DNA of 64,000 bases from Natronohydrobacter sp. GTDB lineage: Bacteria; Pseudomonadota; Alphaproteobacteria; Rhodobacterales; Rhodobacteraceae. The notes below the pieces were generated by a model. The model did not search any database. It was not told the DNA's origin and saw nothing but the letters and a program-made list of their open reading frames with translations. Position 1 is the stretch's first letter. Each line of letters starts with the position of its first letter. Of this stretch, positions 29,198-40,790 are shown in pieces. The DNA is taken from positions 12,399 through 76,398 of the forward strand of contig JAFIEL010000003.1 of assembly GCA_020832585.1 (NCBI GenBank), written 5' to 3'. Both the position numbers and the translations under genes were made by a program.

Positions 29198-30142
29198 TCA
29201 ATCATACAGAACGGCGCGGATATGGTCTTCGTCCATATTCGATGCATCATACCAGAAGAATCCGGTGTCGATGATCTCGGGCAGCTCTTCGCCGTTCATG
29301 GCAGCCAGTGCGGCGCGCACGGTTTCAAAGCCGATACCGACCGGGTTCTGGGTGATGGCACCTGCCATCAGCCCGTCGCGGATCGCCTCTTGCTGGGCAG
29401 AGCCACTGTCATAGCCGATCACGACCAGACCCTCGCGCCCGCTTTCGCGCACACCGTTCACGATCCCGATGGCAGAGCCTTCATTCGTGCCGAACATGCC
29501 GCCCAGATCGGGGTTGGCCGTCAGGATCGCTTTCGTGATCTCGGTCGAGGTCAGATGATCCCCGCCCCCATACTGGATCGTCACAACCTGAATGTCGGGA
29601 TGGGCTTCCGCCAAGCGGTTCACGAACCCGTCGCGCCGGTCAACGCCCGTTGCCGAAACCTGATCATGCGCAACAACTGCAACTGTGCCCGATCCGCCCA
29701 GAAGCTCTGCCATCTTGTCCGCTGCAAGTGCTGCGGCTGCGACATTGTTCGTGGTGGCCGTCGTCACCGGAATGTCGCTGTCCACGCCCGAGTCAAAGGC
29801 CACGACATGAATGCCCGCATCCTGTGCCTGACGCAGCAGCGGAATCGCGGCCTGACTGTCAAGCGCGGCAAATCCTATCGCAGGCGGGTTATTGGCCAGA
29901 GCGGCCGACAGCATGTCGATCTGGCGATCAACCTGGCTTTCATTGTCCGGCCCGACAAATTCGATCCGCACACCGAATTCGGTGCCCGCCTGTTCCGCAC
30001 CGGTGCGCACGGCTTGCCAGAACTGATGCTGGAACCCTTTGGACACCAGCGGAATGGTCACATCCTGCGCGAAAGCAGGGGCCGCGCCGCCCGCCATGGC
30101 CAAGGCGAATGCCGTGGCGATCAAGGAACGTCTGTTCATCAT
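29198..30142 (-). CDS. Sugar ABC transporter substrate-binding protein (RbsB-like, probably L-fucose)
   Basis: Signal peptide, SKGFQHQFWQAV, AFDSG, TNEGS, GYDSG, TQNP. Confidence 0.88.
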   Translation of the reverse strand: MMNRRSLIATAFALAMAGGAAPAFAQDVTIPLVSKGFQHQFWQAVRTGAEQAGTEFGVRIEFVGPDNESQVDRQIDMLSAALANNPPAIGFAALDSQAAIPLLRQAQDAGIHVVAFDSGVDSDIPVTTATTNNVAAAALAADKMAELLGGSGTVAVVAHDQVSATGVDRRDGFVNRLAEAHPDIQVVTIQYGGGDHLTSTEITKAILTANPDLGGMFGTNEGSAIGIVNGVRESGREGLVVIGYDSGSAQQEAIRDGLMAGAITQNPVGIGFETVRAALAAMNGEELPEIIDTGFFWYDASNMDEDHIRAVLYD

Positions 30143-30208
30143 TTTGGGTCTCCTCCCATGTGTTGATCTGCTCGATCAAGTGTCCCGGCCTGCTGCCGGT
30201 TGTAGGTG

Positions 30209-31219
30209 TTATCCTGTCTTGCGCCGCCGAAGCTGGTCGGCATAGACGGCAGCGATAATGATCATCCCCATGGCGACGATCTGCCATTCCTGCGCAACCG
30301 AGAGAACGCGCAGACCATTGGCCAGAACGGCAATGATCAGCGCCCCGATCAGACTGCCCAGTATCGTGCCGCGCCCGCCTGACAGCGATGTGCCACCGAT
30401 CACGACGGCAGCAATCGCTTCCAGCTCATAGCCCATCCCAAGCGCAGGCTGGGCGGAATTCAGACGCGACGCGATCAAAAGCCCCGCAATTCCGACAATA
30501 GCACCCGCCAGCGTGTAAATCGCGGTCTTCCAGGCGGCTGTATTCACCCCCGAAAGCCGCATCGCTTCCTCGTTCGATCCCAGTGCATAGGTATAGCGCC
30601 CCATCACTGTGCGGTTCAGGATGAAAGAGGCCGCCAGCGCCACTGCGAAAAGGATGAGCACGCCATTGGGCAAGGGCACCGACGGCACGATCTGACCCAC
30701 AAGCGAGCCGCGCGAAATCTGGTCAAAGCCGGGTGTATTGTTGAAATAGATCGGCCGGGCTTCTGTCAGGATCAGCGACAGGCCGCGCAGGATCATCATC
30801 ATGCCCAGCGTGGCGATAAAGGGCGGGATCATCATGCGCGCAACGAATGTGCCCGACACGAAGCCTGCCGCGGCCCCGGTTGCCAGCGCCGCGACCACCC
30901 CGACCCATAGCGGCATGCCCAGATTTGTCAGCACAATCGCACAGACAACGGCGCAAAAGGTCATCATCGTGCCCACTGACAGGTCAATCCCGCCAGTGAT
31001 GATGATCAGCGTCACCGCAATGGCCAGAACCCCGTTGATGCTCGCCGCTTGCAAAATCGCGATCATGTTCGAAGTCTGCATGAAATTCGGCGAGAGCAGC
31101 GAAAAGACGATCAGCATCACGACAAGGCTGGCAAAGGCCAGCAGGCGCTGCGCGGTCGCGGTCGCGAAGAAATTGATACGCTCTGGATTTCCCTCTGCGG
31201 GGCGTGCGGCGTCGGTCAT
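30209..31219 (-). CDS. Sugar ABC transporter permease (RbsC-like)
   Basis: [48 protein letters not shown]; start moved to 31219. Confidence 0.9.
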   Translation of the reverse strand: MTDAARPAEGNPERINFFATATAQRLLAFASLVVMLIVFSLLSPNFMQTSNMIAILQAASINGVLAIAVTLIIITGGIDLSVGTMMTFCAVVCAIVLTNLGMPLWVGVVAALATGAAAGFVSGTFVARMMIPPFIATLGMMMILRGLSLILTEARPIYFNNTPGFDQISRGSLVGQIVPSVPLPNGVLILFAVALAASFILNRTVMGRYTYALGSNEEAMRLSGVNTAAWKTAIYTLAGAIVGIAGLLIASRLNSAQPALGMGYELEAIAAVVIGGTSLSGGRGTILGSLIGALIIAVLANGLRVLSVAQEWQIVAMGMIIIAAVYADQLRRRKTG

Positions 31220-32745
31220 GCTGGCTCCTGTTGCGGACGCGCGCCGGATGGTGGGGCGCTTTGGGTGGCAAGTGCCATGATCTGCTCTTGCGTGGTCGTG
31301 CCACCGGGCAGGAACCCTGTCAGACGGCCTTCGCACATCACGGCGATCCGATGACACAGACGCAGGATTTCCGGCAATTCCGACGAAATCACGATAATCG
31401 CGCGTCCTTCTGTGGCCAGTTCATTCAGCAAGCGATAGATCTCGGACTTTGCGCCGACATCGATCCCGCGTGTCGGTTCGTCGAAGATCAACACCTCGCA
31501 ATCGCGCAACAGCCATTTCGCGATAACGATCTTCTGTTGATTGCCCCCTGACAGAAGCCGCACTTCCTGCTGGTCCGACGGTGTGCGGATATCCAGTTCG
31601 GCAATGCTCTTGCGGGCCACTTGCGCCATCGCCGTTTCGTCCAGAAGCATGCCAAGACGGCGAAACTTGTCGAAAGCGGTCAGCGCGATGTTGTCGCGCA
31701 CCGACATCGGCAGGGCAAGCCCCAGATGCTTGCGATCCTCCGAGAGATACCCAATCCCCGCGCGCACCGCATCGACCGGCGATCGCATGCGAACAACCTT
31801 GCCATTGACACGGATTTCGCCCGAATCCACCGGGTCAGCCCCGAATATGGCGCGCGCCACTTCGGTTCGCCCCGCCCCCATCAGCCCGGCAAACCCCAGA
31901 ATTTCACCCCGCCGCAAGGTGAAGCTGACATCGCGGATCTCGCGCCCGCGCGACAGATCGCGCACCTCCAATGCGATCTCGGCGCTGTCCAGATCTGGAA
32001 TATGCAGATCACCCTGCATCAACGCGCGCCCGACCATCATGTTGATGATCTGATCCAGCGTCACATCGGCAGTGTCGCGCGTCCCGATCCACTGGCCATC
32101 ACGCATGACCGTCACCCGGTCCGAAATCCTGCGGATTTCATCCATCTTGTGGCTGATATAGATGATCCCTTTGCCCGCCGCACGCAATCCGGCAATGATG
32201 CGGAACAACTCGTCAATCTCGCGGGCATTCAGCGCGGCGGTCGGTTCATCCATGACCAGCACGCGCGTATCGTAGCTCAGCGCCTTGGCGATCTCGACCA
32301 TTTGCTGTTTGGCAATGCTCAAGCCCTGCACGAGTTGCGCCGGATCAAGCGACACTTTCATCTGCGCAAACAACTTTGCCGCAGCGCGCTCCATCTCCTT
32401 GTCGTCGATGACAAAACCCCAGCGCCGGGGCTCGCGCCCGATAAAGATGTTCTGCGCGATGGTAAGATCATTCATCAGGCTGAGTTCCTGATGAATGATC
32501 CCGATCCCGGCATCCTGCGCCATGCGCGGGTTGGTGAAACTTGCCTCCTGCCCTTCCAGCAGGATCGTGCCGCCATCGCGCTGATAAACCCCCGACAGGA
32601 TTTTCATCAAGGTGGATTTGCCCGCGCCATTCTCGCCCATCAGGGCATGCACTTCGCCCGCGCGCAGGTCAAATTGCACATTGCGCAAGGCATGCACACC
32701 GGGAAAGCGCTTTTCGATCCCGCTCATCTGGATCAGCGCACTCAT
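31216..32745 (-). CDS. Sugar ABC transporter ATP-binding protein (RbsA-like, two NBDs)
   Basis: [39 protein letters not shown]; start moved to 32745. Confidence 0.92.
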   Translation of the reverse strand: MSALIQMSGIEKRFPGVHALRNVQFDLRAGEVHALMGENGAGKSTLMKILSGVYQRDGGTILLEGQEASFTNPRMAQDAGIGIIHQELSLMNDLTIAQNIFIGREPRRWGFVIDDKEMERAAAKLFAQMKVSLDPAQLVQGLSIAKQQMVEIAKALSYDTRVLVMDEPTAALNAREIDELFRIIAGLRAAGKGIIYISHKMDEIRRISDRVTVMRDGQWIGTRDTADVTLDQIINMMVGRALMQGDLHIPDLDSAEIALEVRDLSRGREIRDVSFTLRRGEILGFAGLMGAGRTEVARAIFGADPVDSGEIRVNGKVVRMRSPVDAVRAGIGYLSEDRKHLGLALPMSVRDNIALTAFDKFRRLGMLLDETAMAQVARKSIAELDIRTPSDQQEVRLLSGGNQQKIVIAKWLLRDCEVLIFDEPTRGIDVGAKSEIYRLLNELATEGRAIIVISSELPEILRLCHRIAVMCEGRLTGFLPGGTTTQEQIMALATQSAPPSGARPQQEPA

Positions 32746-33602
32746 GGCGCCACTCCGTAAAACCGCGCAGCGGTGGCTCCCGAGATTTGCGCGCGTGCCT
32801 CGGCGCTCAATCCCGCCAGCCACTCGGATGACAGCGCATGCCAGCCGCCATAAGTTCCCGCCAGCCGCAGCACGGGCCAGTCAGAACCCCACATCAACCG
32901 CTCTGCCCCGAACCACCCCAGCACCTGATCGAGAAGCGCGAAAAGTGTTTCGCGCAGCTCGGCAAGCTGGTCTGGTGCCATTTCGGTCAGGATACCCGAA
33001 AGCTTGCAACAGGCCCCGGTTTCGCCCGCAAGCCGCGCCATGCCGTCGCGCCACAAGGCGTGACGCGGATCATCTGGCGGCGCACCAAGTGCAGGCTTGG
33101 CGATATGATCGATCACCACAGGCAGGTTCGGGTTGGATTTGAGCACACCCAGCAGCGTTTCCAGATGTGCCGGGCGCACCAAAGCATCAAAGCGCAAGCC
33201 CGCATCCTGAAGTGCTGCCGCCCAGCCCGCGCAGGGTTCTGTCGCCAGCCAGTCAGGCGCAAGATCCTGCAACATGGGGCGGATGCCACGCAGGGCCGGA
33301 TCTGTGGCCAGTGCAGCAAGGCGTCGGGTCAGATCAGGCGCTGCAAGATCGACCCACCCCACAACGGCGGCAATGTGATCCGCGTCGCGCGCCTGATCCA
33401 GAAGCCAGCGTGTTTCCGCCTCTGTCGGTGCGGCCTGCACCACGACCGCGCGGGCGATACCACTCTGATCCAGCCTGTCTTTCAGATCCGCCGCGCTGAA
33501 ATCATGCGCAATCGGGGCCATTTCCGGATCAGCCGGATCCAGCCAGCCATAATCGCCGCGATCCAGCGCCCAGATATGGCAATGCGCATCCAGCTGGACC
33601 AT
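32742..33602 (-). CDS. L-fucono-1,5-lactonase-like amidohydrolase
   Basis: DAHCHIW, YGW, RGIR, IDHIAKP, CKLSG, WGSDWPV; inside the fucose operon. Confidence 0.82.
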   Translation of the reverse strand: MVQLDAHCHIWALDRGDYGWLDPADPEMAPIAHDFSAADLKDRLDQSGIARAVVVQAAPTEAETRWLLDQARDADHIAAVVGWVDLAAPDLTRRLAALATDPALRGIRPMLQDLAPDWLATEPCAGWAAALQDAGLRFDALVRPAHLETLLGVLKSNPNLPVVIDHIAKPALGAPPDDPRHALWRDGMARLAGETGACCKLSGILTEMAPDQLAELRETLFALLDQVLGWFGAERLMWGSDWPVLRLAGTYGGWHALSSEWLAGLSAEARAQISGATAARFYGVAP

Positions 33603-34354
33603 CAGATCGTCGCACCCCCGTCCACAAGCACTGCCTGTCCGGTCATCAAACGGCTTTCATCCGACAGCAGATAGACAATCATCGGCACCAGATCATCGGT
33701 CACACCCAGCCGCCCCATGGGCTGGCGCGCCACAAAATCCCGCAACGCCGCTTCGGGATCGGCGGCCTGCGCGATCCTGCCGCGCAATGACGGGGTATCA
33801 ATGGTTCCGGGGCAAAGCGCATTGCAGCGCAGACCTGCCTTCACGAAATCCGCGGCAATCGCTTTTGTCAGCCCGATCACCGCTGCCTTGGTCGTGCCAT
33901 AGGCCGCACGGTTGGGGAAGCCTTTGACCGATGACGCCATCGAGGCCATGTTGAGGATGGCCGCTGTGCCCGTCACCTCGGCGCGGCGCAACAGACCCGG
34001 CACGAAAGCCCGGCACATCCAGACCATGGACGAGATGTTCAGCGTCCAGTTGAAGTCCCAATCTGCGTCCGTGATTTCCAGCACGGTGCCATGATGGACA
34101 AAGCCTGCGCAATTGAACAAACCGTCCAGATCGGGCAACGCAACCGCAAGTTCCGCGATGGCGGCGCTGTCACAGACATCCAGTTGGCGTGTCTCTATCC
34201 GCCCTGACCCATATGTGCCTGCATAATCAAGCAGTTCAACATTGATATCCGTGGCAATGACATGGGCGCCCTGCACCGCGCAGCCCAAGGCCGCGGCCCG
34301 ACCGATACCTTGACCGGCCGCCGTGACAAGGACGGTTTTTCCTTCCAGCCGCAT
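33602..34354 (-). CDS. 2-keto-3-deoxy-L-fuconate dehydrogenase-like SDR (BDH2 type)
   Basis: TAAGQGIG, FNCAGFVHHG, YGTTKAA, CPGTIDTPSL, RQPMGRLG; start moved to 34354. Confidence 0.82.
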   Translation of the reverse strand: MRLEGKTVLVTAAGQGIGRAAALGCAVQGAHVIATDINVELLDYAGTYGSGRIETRQLDVCDSAAIAELAVALPDLDGLFNCAGFVHHGTVLEITDADWDFNWTLNISSMVWMCRAFVPGLLRRAEVTGTAAILNMASMASSVKGFPNRAAYGTTKAAVIGLTKAIAADFVKAGLRCNALCPGTIDTPSLRGRIAQAADPEAALRDFVARQPMGRLGVTDDLVPMIVYLLSDESRLMTGQAVLVDGGATI

Positions 34355-34396
34355 ATTTCCCCCCGAAACTGACACGGATTCTCCTCAATCCGCGTC

Positions 34397-34429
34397 ATTT
34401 ATATGTGAAAACATTATTCATATTTGGTA
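34397..34429. promoter_or_regulatory. Two imperfect palindromes (ATTTATATGTGAAA; ATTCATATTTGGTA), candidate IclR operators in the divergent promoter
   Basis: AT-rich island between the fucose operon and IclR; both resemble TTTCATATATGAAA. Confidence 0.4.
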
Positions 34430-34489
34430 ATCTGGCAACAAGAATCTTCTGTGCGCAGAAAAAAGCGCGCCGGACAAGAAGGAGACAAG

Positions 34490-35266
34490 ATGAGCGACAC
34501 CAACGCAACACGCGCCGCGCCGGATCGCTACAGGGCACCCGCACTCGACAAGGGCCTTGATATTCTGGAACTGCTCGCGACAGAGGCAGGCGGGCTGACA
34601 CGGGCAGAGATTGTGCGCGCGATGGGCCGCAGCCAATCCGAGATCTACCGCATGCTGGAACGCCTTGTCGCGCGAGGCTATGTCTGCCGGTCGCGCGAAG
34701 GCGACCGCTACGCGCTGAGCATGAAGCTGTTTCTTCTGGTCAACGAGCACCCACCCCTGCGCAGACTGGTCGCGCAATCGCAGGCATTGATGGATAACTT
34801 CGCGCGCACCACGCAGCAATCGTTGCATCTGGTCGTTCATGAAGGGCCGGTCGCGATCGTCGTTGCTCAGGCCAGCCCGCCCAGCAACTGGGAATTCCGG
34901 CTGCGTGTCGGCGCGCAGCTCGACCTTCTCACCACCAGTTCGGGCGAAACGCTTCTGGCCTTTCAGGATCGCGCGCGCTGCGTTGAAATGCTTGCTCAGG
35001 CCCAAAGCGACATGTCGCAGCAGGATCCCGCGCTCTGGTCGCGACTGGAAACAATCCGCGCCACAGGCCATCGCAGCGCCCCCAGTCGGCAGCTTGTGGG
35101 CGTCCGCGACATGTCGGTGCCGATACTTGGCCCCGACGGCAATGCCTTTGCCGTGCTGACATGCCCCTATGTCAAACATGTCAACCCCTTGCACGAGCCG
35201 TCTCGGGATGTGGCAGCATGCCTTGCGCAGTTGAAAGACCTCGCCGCCGAACTCGCCCTGCGCTGA
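34490..35266 (+). CDS. IclR-family transcriptional regulator (probable fucose operon regulator)
   Basis: YRAPALDKGLDILELLA, SEIYRML HTH, TSSG, GVRDMSVPI; AAGGAG RBS before 34490. Confidence 0.9.
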   Translation: MSDTNATRAAPDRYRAPALDKGLDILELLATEAGGLTRAEIVRAMGRSQSEIYRMLERLVARGYVCRSREGDRYALSMKLFLLVNEHPPLRRLVAQSQALMDNFARTTQQSLHLVVHEGPVAIVVAQASPPSNWEFRLRVGAQLDLLTTSSGETLLAFQDRARCVEMLAQAQSDMSQQDPALWSRLETIRATGHRSAPSRQLVGVRDMSVPILGPDGNAFAVLTCPYVKHVNPLHEPSRDVAACLAQLKDLAAELALR

Positions 35267-35270
35267 CCCA

Positions 35271-36215
35271 TCACCCCCTCCGCCACAGGTCTGCGGCCAT
35301 TGGCGGATTGCATCCGGGCCGACTGCAGGTCAGGGCCGCCGCTTCGGTTGCAAGGGCGACGATTGCGCGCAGATTGTCCGGCGACATCGCGGCCAGCGCA
35401 GAAGGTGCCAGCGCGTTTTGCTGCGCCAGTCCCACCAGAACAGCGGCCATCAGCGTATCACCTGCACCGACCGTATCGGCCAGTTGTGCAGGAAGGGCCG
35501 GTTGCAGCGTGAAACCGCCCGCAGGGGCATGACACAGGACCGGGCGCGGCCCCTGGGTCAGAAGGATCACAGCCTGTGGCGCGATCATGGCCAGATGATC
35601 AAGCGCCGCTTGCGGCGACAAACCCGGAAACCACCAGGCTGCATCCTCGTCGCTCAGGCGGATCAGATGCGCTGCCTGCGCCATCCCCTGCAAGCGGGCG
35701 CTGTAGGCGGCACGGTTTGGCTCTGCAATCAATGCCCGCACATTCGGATCAAGCGTGACGAGACTGCCGGCTTGCGCCACCTGACAAAAAAGCGCTTCCC
35801 ATGCCTGCGCATCCGCCCCTTCGACCAGCGCGATGGAACTGAGATGCAGCGCCTGCATCTCATTGGGAAGCGCCGCGCGCAGGCTTTGAAGATCAATTGC
35901 GCGTTCTGCCGTTCTTTCACGATAGAAGCGGTAATCCGGCTGGCCATCTGTCAGCGTTACCATGGCAAGTGTCGTGGGCGCCGCAGACCTCTGGCCCAGA
36001 AACCGCACGCCATCACCCTCCAGCGTGTCCAGAAGCTGCGCACCGAAACTGTCCGTAGAAATCGCGCCCAGATATCCCGCCGCGCCACCAAGCCGGGCAA
36101 TCGCCCGGCTGCAATTGTAGGGCGAGCCGCCAACATGGGCAAGGAAGGCCCGCGCGCCGGCGGTCTGGGGCTGTTCGATGACATCGATCAGATTCTCGCC
36201 ACCACAGACGATCAT
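35271..36215 (-). CDS. PfkB-family carbohydrate kinase (fructokinase-like)
   Basis: GENLID, GGSPYN, DPNVR, DTVGAGD. Confidence 0.9.
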   Translation of the reverse strand: MIVCGGENLIDVIEQPQTAGARAFLAHVGGSPYNCSRAIARLGGAAGYLGAISTDSFGAQLLDTLEGDGVRFLGQRSAAPTTLAMVTLTDGQPDYRFYRERTAERAIDLQSLRAALPNEMQALHLSSIALVEGADAQAWEALFCQVAQAGSLVTLDPNVRALIAEPNRAAYSARLQGMAQAAHLIRLSDEDAAWWFPGLSPQAALDHLAMIAPQAVILLTQGPRPVLCHAPAGGFTLQPALPAQLADTVGAGDTLMAAVLVGLAQQNALAPSALAAMSPDNLRAIVALATEAAALTCSRPGCNPPMAADLWRRG

Positions 36216-36225
36216 ACCACTCCCC

Positions 36226-36261
36226 CCTTGATGCGGGCCTTGATGCGGGCCTTGATGCGGG
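36226..36261. repeat. Perfect tandem repeat (CCTTGATGCGGG)x3
   Basis: Copies at 36226-36237, 36238-36249 and 36250-36261, adjoining the pfkB RBS. Confidence 0.95.
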
Positions 36262-36268
36262 ATTGCCC

Positions 36269-36306
36269 CTTGCAGGTAGATTTACATTTGTATAATTGAT
36301 TTGACA
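36269..36306 (+). promoter_or_regulatory. Putative sigma70 promoter/operator region of the E1 operon
   Basis: CTTGCA (36269)-N16-TATAAT (36291); TTGACA at 36301; overlapping near-palindrome TACATTTGTA (36283-36292), a possible SorC site. Confidence 0.45.
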
Positions 36307-36352
36307 ATATCCACAATGCGCTTTGAAAGCGCGTGCCCAGTCCGGGGGAACC

Positions 36353-38812
36353 ATGCCGCGCGAATTGCCTGTCGATCCGCTCCGCCGTCACCAATCAGGC
36401 CGGTTGAGCTTTCCCGAGATCCCCGTCCATGCCTACAGCGCGTCGCTGGAAACCGAGATCGCGTCGGTTGGCCCCGCGCGCTTGCGCCAGATGCTGCGGC
36501 ACATGCGCCTTCAGCGGCGCTTCGAAGAAATGCTGGCCACGTTCAAGGCACAGGGCACTTGGGAAGGGATCACGCATAGCTACAAAGGGCCCGCACATCT
36601 GTCGATCGGACAGGAAGCAGCCGCAACTGGCGCCGCGCACGCGCTGACCCCCGATGACCATATCTTTGGCAGCCACCGCAGCCACGGAGAGTTTCTTGCC
36701 AAGGGACTGGCGGCGATCCATGATCTTGGGGGAACGAAGGCGCTGGACATGATGCGCCGCTTTCGTGGTGGACGGCTCCTCGCCCAGAGTGAACGGGTCT
36801 TTCGCTGCGGGGATGATCAGGATCTGGCCGAACATACGTTGGTTTTCGGGCTTCTGGCCGAAATCTTCATGCGCGAAACCGGGGTGAACGGGGGTATGGG
36901 CGGCTCTATGCACGCCTTCTTCCCACCCTTCGGGGCCTATCCAAACAATGCCATCGTGGGCGGGTCAGCAGGCATTGCCACAGGTGCGGCGCTGCATGCC
37001 AAACTGCACGCGCCGGGGCGGATTACCGTCGCGATGTCCGGCGATGGCTCTACCGGGTGTGGGCCAGTATGGGAGGCAATGAATTTCGCCGCCCAGGCGC
37101 AATTCGACGGGCTTTGGGGCGCACAGGCCGGACGGCTTCCGGTGCTGTTCTTCTTCACCAATAATTTCTACGCAATGGGCGGACAGACTGCAGGCGAAAC
37201 CATGGGATGGGATCGCCTGTCACGGATCGGCGCGGGCCTGCACCCGGACGCGCTGCTGGCCGAAACCGTCGATGGCCAGAACCCGCTTGCTGTCCGCGAC
37301 GCCGTGGCCCGCAAACGCGCAGCACTGCTCGAAGGGCGTGGGCCTGCGCTACTGGATGTGGAATGCTATCGAATCTCTGGCCATTCAACCACGGATGCCA
37401 ACGCCTACCGCACCCGCGAGGAAATCGCCGCATGGGCCGCGCATGACCCGATCGTGCTGTTTTCAGAAGCCCTGCAGGCCGCGAACGTGACCGATCAGGC
37501 GACGCAAGATGCGGATGCCGCGCATCTGGATGCGCTGTTGCGCGCCGTGGCAAGCGCGGCAACCGATCCGGATATCGCCCCCCCGGTCGATATTCACGCC
37601 ATGCCGACGCGCATCGGCGGGTATATGTTCAGCAATCGTGAAACGCCGCTGCCCGCCGGGCATGTCGAATTGCTGCAAGAGCCTGCACAGAACCAGCGCC
37701 TGAAGCAGTTGCAGAAACGCGCCCGCCGGGGTCTGGATGAAAACGGCGCACCAGTGTCGGCCCTGCGCTGCATCACCTATCGCGACGCGCTGTTCGAAGC
37801 CATCTGGGAACGCATGGCCGCCGACCCGCTGCTCTCGGCCTGGGGCGAGGAATGTCGCGAATGGGGCGGCGCTTTCGGTGTCTATCGTGGACTGTCCGAC
37901 CTGTTGCCCCGCGACCGGCTGTTCAATTCGCCGATCTCGGAAGCGGCCATCGTCGCCACCGCCGTCGGCTATGCCATGGAAGGCGGGCGCGCGCTGGTCG
38001 AGTTGATGTATGGCGACTTCCTTGGCCGGGCGGGGGATGAGGTCTTCAACCAGTTGGCCAAATGGCAAGCCATGTCTGCCGGTGAACTGTCACTGCCGGT
38101 GGTGTTGCGCCTGTCCATAGGCAATAAATACGGCGCGCAACATTCGCAGGACTGGTCAGCCATGATTGCGCATGTGCCGGGGTTGAAACTGGCCTATCCC
38201 GCAACGCCCCACGATGCAAAAGGGCTGATGACAACCGCGCTGGCCAGTGAAGACCCGGTGGTCATGCTGGAAAGCCAGCGGCTTTATGACATTGGCGAAT
38301 GGTTTGCCGAAGACGGGGTCCCGGAAGGGCATTTCGCGCTGCCCTTCGGCCAGCCGCAACTGCGGCGCACAGGGCGCGACGTGACCATCCTGACGCTTGG
38401 CCCGGCTCTCTATCCCGCGCTCAAGGCCGCCGAGGATCTGGCCGCGCAGGGTGTCGAGGCCGAAGTGATCGATGCCTGCACACTAGTTCCCTTTGGCTAT
38501 GATGTCGTTCTGGCCTCGGTCGCGCGGACCGGGCGCTTGCTGGTGGTCACTGAAGCCTGCGAACGGGGCAGTTTTGCCATGACCCTCGCCAGCAACCTGG
38601 GCCGCTTCGGCTATCGCCACCTGCGCGCCGCCCCGCGCGTTCTGGGTGCGCCGAACTGGATTGTCCCCGGCGCGGATATGGAAGACAGTTACTTCGTGCA
38701 ACCTCATGATATCGTGGATGCCGTCTTGATCGACCTGATGGCACGAGAGGGCACCAACCGGCGCGGGCTGCGCGGCTGGGATGACATCGAACTCGCCCGT
38801 CTGGGACTTTGA
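36353..38812 (+). CDS. ThDP-dependent dehydrogenase E1, fused alpha+beta subunits
   Basis: [26 protein letters not shown]...NN, YRISGHS; beta part [35 protein letters not shown]; GGGGGA RBS before 36353. Confidence 0.88.
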   Translation: MPRELPVDPLRRHQSGRLSFPEIPVHAYSASLETEIASVGPARLRQMLRHMRLQRRFEEMLATFKAQGTWEGITHSYKGPAHLSIGQEAAATGAAHALTPDDHIFGSHRSHGEFLAKGLAAIHDLGGTKALDMMRRFRGGRLLAQSERVFRCGDDQDLAEHTLVFGLLAEIFMRETGVNGGMGGSMHAFFPPFGAYPNNAIVGGSAGIATGAALHAKLHAPGRITVAMSGDGSTGCGPVWEAMNFAAQAQFDGLWGAQAGRLPVLFFFTNNFYAMGGQTAGETMGWDRLSRIGAGLHPDALLAETVDGQNPLAVRDAVARKRAALLEGRGPALLDVECYRISGHSTTDANAYRTREEIAAWAAHDPIVLFSEALQAANVTDQATQDADAAHLDALLRAVASAATDPDIAPPVDIHAMPTRIGGYMFSNRETPLPAGHVELLQEPAQNQRLKQLQKRARRGLDENGAPVSALRCITYRDALFEAIWERMAADPLLSAWGEECREWGGAFGVYRGLSDLLPRDRLFNSPISEAAIVATAVGYAMEGGRALVELMYGDFLGRAGDEVFNQLAKWQAMSAGELSLPVVLRLSIGNKYGAQHSQDWSAMIAHVPGLKLAYPATPHDAKGLMTTALASEDPVVMLESQRLYDIGEWFAEDGVPEGHFALPFGQPQLRRTGRDVTILTLGPALYPALKAAEDLAAQGVEAEVIDACTLVPFGYDVVLASVARTGRLLVVTEACERGSFAMTLASNLGRFGYRHLRAAPRVLGAPNWIVPGADMEDSYFVQPHDIVDAVLIDLMAREGTNRRGLRGWDDIELARLGL

Positions 38813-38829
38813 ACCATAGGAGATACAGG

Positions 38830-39063
38830 ATGGATATCACCCTGCCGCAACTCGGCAACGATGTGACAGAGGCCGAGGTGGACAGCTGGCTGGTTGCGCC
38901 GGGAACCGCTGTCACCAAGGGGCAGGCCGTTTTGCAGGTCACGACCCCCAAGCTGGTGATGGAAATCGAAGCCCCCGGCGATGGCGTGCTGAGCGAATGT
39001 CTGGTCGAACCGGGCGATATTGCAGAGGTCGGTCAGGTTCTGGGGCGCTTGACCAGCACATGA
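38830..39063 (+). CDS. Stand-alone lipoyl/biotinyl carrier domain protein
   Basis: [23 protein letters not shown]...[17 protein letters not shown]......G..AEVGQVLG; 77 aa. Confidence 0.85.
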   Translation: MDITLPQLGNDVTEAEVDSWLVAPGTAVTKGQAVLQVTTPKLVMEIEAPGDGVLSECLVEPGDIAEVGQVLGRLTST

Positions 39064-39845
39064 CCATGATCACCGTTTATCACGGTATCGCGACGGCCCT
39101 GCGCCAGACTGGCCCGCAGGACGGACCCGCAGTGCTGGCGATACACGGCTTTGCGGCGGATATGTCGGTCTGGATGCTGGCAGAACCTGCATTGCGCACC
39201 GATTGTGCGCTGACGCTGGTCGATCTGCCCGGTCACGGGGCTTCTGAACCGCAGCTTCCGCCCGATGGGCTGGACGGGTTCGGCCTGCATCTGGCTGCAA
39301 TCCTCGATGCCATGGCCCCGCGTCCAGTGTGGCTGATGGCCCATTCCTTCGGGGCCGCAGTCGCTTTGCGTGCGGCCAGCCTACGCCCCGAGAATGTGGC
39401 CGGGCTTGTCCTGATTGCCCCGGCTGGACTGGGGGCCGCTGTTGACCGGGGGTTCCTGAACGCAATCTGCAACCCGGCCGATGCAGACGCAATGCGCGAA
39501 ACGCTCGGGCGTATGGTGGCGCGGCCCGCCATGATCACCCCCGCCATGGCAAAAGGCGTATTCGCCCAGATGCAGGATCCCGCGCGCGCGTCGGCACTGC
39601 GCGCTGTCGCCGCCATCCTGACCGATCTCGACACCCGGCTAGAACCCCATCTGGCACAGCTTGGCGCGCTGCCCATCCACATCATCCGCGGCACGAAAGA
39701 TGCGATCATCACCCCCGATCCTGTCTTGCCTGCCGCCTGGCCACAGGCGCAGGTGCATCTGATCGCAGGTGCAGGGCATTTACCGCAGCTGGAAGCGGCA
39801 GGCCCGACACTGGCGAAAATTCGTACCATTCTGGGGCTGTCATGA
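39060..39845 (+). CDS. Alpha/beta hydrolase resembling the C-terminal domain of proteobacterial AcoC
   Basis: [20 protein letters not shown] nucleophile elbow, [21 protein letters not shown]; ATGA overlap with the lipoyl gene. Confidence 0.82.
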   Translation: MTMITVYHGIATALRQTGPQDGPAVLAIHGFAADMSVWMLAEPALRTDCALTLVDLPGHGASEPQLPPDGLDGFGLHLAAILDAMAPRPVWLMAHSFGAAVALRAASLRPENVAGLVLIAPAGLGAAVDRGFLNAICNPADADAMRETLGRMVARPAMITPAMAKGVFAQMQDPARASALRAVAAILTDLDTRLEPHLAQLGALPIHIIRGTKDAIITPDPVLPAAWPQAQVHLIAGAGHLPQLEAAGPTLAKIRTILGLS

Positions 39846-40786
39846 GCGCCCCCTCCGATCCGCGCAGCTTGCGCTTGCGGGCCGCGTGGCTGGCGCATGG
39901 CTATGGCTTGACCCAGGCGCAGATCGCAGAACGCCTCGGCGTCAGCCGCGCAACCATCAACAAGGCGCTGGAACAGGCGCGCGCGCTTGGGGAAATCCGG
40001 GTCTGGATCGACCAGCCCGAAGGGGACCTGACAGCACTGGCCCTCGCGGTCGAGCAGGAATTGGGGATCCCGGAGGTGGTGGTCGTGCCATCGCTGCCCG
40101 ACACCCCACCAGAAACCGCAATCGGGCTGGCCTTGGGGCGGCTTCTGTCTGACCGGATCACCCCCGGAACGCGGATCGGGTTGGGATGGGGCCGCACGCT
40201 GACCCGCGCATTGGACGCGTTCCAACCCCCCTTGCGCCCCGATGCACTGGTCTTGTCGCTCCTGGGTGGTCAAGTGCGTTCGGGCCGTCCCAATCCCGGC
40301 GCGCTGGCCGCGCGGATGGCCGCCGCTCTGGGCTGCGAGGTCGTGTTTCTGCCCGCACCGCTGATTGTCGATCACCCTGATACGCGCGCGCGGCTGATTT
40401 CGGGATGTGGGTTACAAGCGCTGTTTGATCTGGCTGAACAACTGGACATCGCAGTTTTCGGGGCCGGAGATCTGGGCGCATCTCTGGCCCTCAGCCGTCT
40501 GTCACGGGCCGAGGCAGAGGACTTCGAGCGCGCGGGCGCGGTCGGTGAAATTCTGGCGCAGATTGTCGATGCACAGGGCGAAAGCGACGGCTTCGAAGTG
40601 AATTCCCGTGTCATGGCTGTCGGGCTTGAACAGATCGCGCAGGCGTCCGCGCGGGTTCTGGCCTGTGGCGGAAGCGCCCGCGCCCCGGTCATACGCGCAG
40701 CCCATCACCGCGTCAGACTGACGACACTTGTCACCGACGAAACCGCCGCGCGCGTGCTGGCGGGCCTGCCATCAAAGGAGAGCTAG
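39842..40786 (+). CDS. SorC/DeoR-family sugar-binding transcriptional regulator
   Basis: TQAQIAERLGVSRATINKAL HTH, GLGWGRTL, PAPLIV, GAVGEI, TLVTDE. Confidence 0.88.
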   Translation: MSAPSDPRSLRLRAAWLAHGYGLTQAQIAERLGVSRATINKALEQARALGEIRVWIDQPEGDLTALALAVEQELGIPEVVVVPSLPDTPPETAIGLALGRLLSDRITPGTRIGLGWGRTLTRALDAFQPPLRPDALVLSLLGGQVRSGRPNPGALAARMAAALGCEVVFLPAPLIVDHPDTRARLISGCGLQALFDLAEQLDIAVFGAGDLGASLALSRLSRAEAEDFERAGAVGEILAQIVDAQGESDGFEVNSRVMAVGLEQIAQASARVLACGGSARAPVIRAAHHRVRLTTLVTDETAARVLAGLPSKES

Positions 40787-40790
40787 AGCC

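Noticed and set aside
36226-36261. CRISPR array
   Set aside because: 12-bp units with no spacers and no cas genes; a simple tandem repeat.
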